A stretch of DNA of 63,607 nucleotides, the filler included, from Reclinomonas americana ATCC 50394 (Eukaryota): NCBI GenBank assembly GCA_048213135.1. It is 52 parts of 52 records of this genome, joined end to end, with 100 filler letters (N's around TTAATTAATTAA, not from the genome) between each part and the next. Parts side by side here need not be neighbours in the genome. Positions count along the whole stretch, not along the records: positions 61,270 to 62,388 come from AFZH01026416.1; positions 62,489 to 63,607 come from AFZH01026417.1; 50 more parts are not named here. One strand, 5' to 3'. The translations under genes and the position numbers were made by a program. This document shows positions 62,383-63,607 of the stretch, piece by piece (the stretch's first letter is position 1; every line of letters starts with the position of its first letter). The notes under the pieces are model-generated. The model saw nothing but the letters and a program-made list of their open reading frames with translations, was not told where the DNA came from and did not search any database.

Positions 62383-62798
62383 GTTGTTNNNNNNNNNNNN
62401 NNNNNNNNNNNNNNNNNNNNNNNNNNNNNNNNTTAATTAATTAANNNNNNNNNNNNNNNNNNNNNNNNNNNNNNNNNNNNNNNNNNNNGCAAACAAACAC
62501 CAAGCTGCCTGCTTGTGAATCTCACTGTTTCCAATCAGGGAGTCGATGTGTCATTGGGGCCGCGTCGCCGCAGCCGCCACGAACTGCACCGTTTGCAGAA
62601 AAATTCCAGTACTGGATGCACTCGTACCTCATCAATGGTGAGAAGAAAAACAACGCCGCGCACACGATTCGTCGTTCTCACGCACGCTCGCCTCTGCAGT
62701 CATGTGGTTCCTGTGTTTGCTCGCCGAGCAGGATGCCGAAGTCCGTCTGAATGGCACCGAAATCTTTGATAATCCCAGATGATCCGCATCATCATCAC

Positions 62799-62830
<32 letters not shown>

Positions 62831-62908
62831 TCAACAATCAACTAATCCCTGTCTGTAATCTGTAGAAAAATGTAATGTCTTCATAAGTCATTCGACGGTA
62901 GCACGAGG

Positions 62909-63607
62909 TCATGTGCCACCACCACCAGATCTGGCGCCTGAATGCGACCCTGAACCAGAGGCACCACCACCGCCTCCAGAAGAAGATGGCGAACTACACG
63001 TTCGGTACGTTAGTTCCATGGGAGCGCCCGACGGTTTGTAGAACGCCCGCACGGTGCCAATGTCCACTTGCGGCGGCAGCACCTGCAACCGTGCGACAAG
63101 CTCGTTCGTGAGTACACACCCACGACGCCCGCCTGCTCAGAGCGCGCGCACGCCACATACCGTTCCGTGACACAGCAATTCGATGATGGAGCTGGCATGT
63201 TGCCCCTCCGGTATCTTGAGGTTGAGGTGCTCGGCCACGTAGTGCGCTATTGACCCGATACGCACCATTCGGTTCGAGTTGAACTGTTCCGCTCTGCATC
63301 ATAATACACAGTTGAGTGTGGTGGGCATAACAAGGGCAGTCGTCAATGGCCCTCACCGCTCCAGATTCGGTAACCGCTTGTCGGCCGACTTGAGTGTGAA
63401 TGTTACTCTCACCACCTGACTCAGATCCGGACCCTGCGCGACGGCAAAAACATGAGTACACACAGACTGATGCACCACGAATGCACACATACACGAATAC
63501 ACACACATACCCGCGACAGCATTTGCAGCACCCAACCGGGTACCTCGTTTTCCGTCTCGTAGCCCGTAAACTGTGACACACGGCGTTTGACTACCATACC
63601 GCGCATC
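62909..63607 (-). CDS. WDR48: WDR48/UAF1-like protein, C-terminal SUMO-like domain (DUF3337), last 4 exons
   Basis: VPGWVLQML; FNSNRMVRIGSIAHYVAEHL...IELLCHGT|VLPPQVDIGTVRAFYKPSGAPMELTYR matches the ELLC..QVL.P.M.L.TV..F..KSG..L.L.YR pattern. Confidence 0.72.

Overview
This window is not one locus. It is about 52 short contigs (1132 down to 1119 bp, sorted by length) joined by an artificial N44-TTAATTAATTAA-N44 spacer, so no gene neighbourhood can be inferred across spacers. Most contigs come from a GC-rich, intron-dense microbial eukaryote rich in CA/GA microsatellites. They carry fragments of UGDH, a POT/PTR transporter, Rpn9, Prp8, importin-alpha, a Rheb-like GTPase, RNase H2C, WDR48, WD40, LRR and EGF proteins, and a Crinkler-type NTPase. 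Four contigs are bacterial: three look actinobacterial (Microbacterium-like) and one alphaproteobacterial. Two or three look viral: an AT-rich ORF with an OTU-like Cys/His motif, and two fibre-like Gly/Thr-rich ORFs, one of which has a spliceosomal intron. There is also a 166-bp satellite and a pair of allelic haplotigs. The most striking signal is that many eukaryotic introns, placed by reading frame and protein homology, begin with the atypical donor GTTGCG (C at +5, G at +6), alongside ordinary GTGAG donors in the same genes. All protein family calls are by-eye motif recognition, not database searches.
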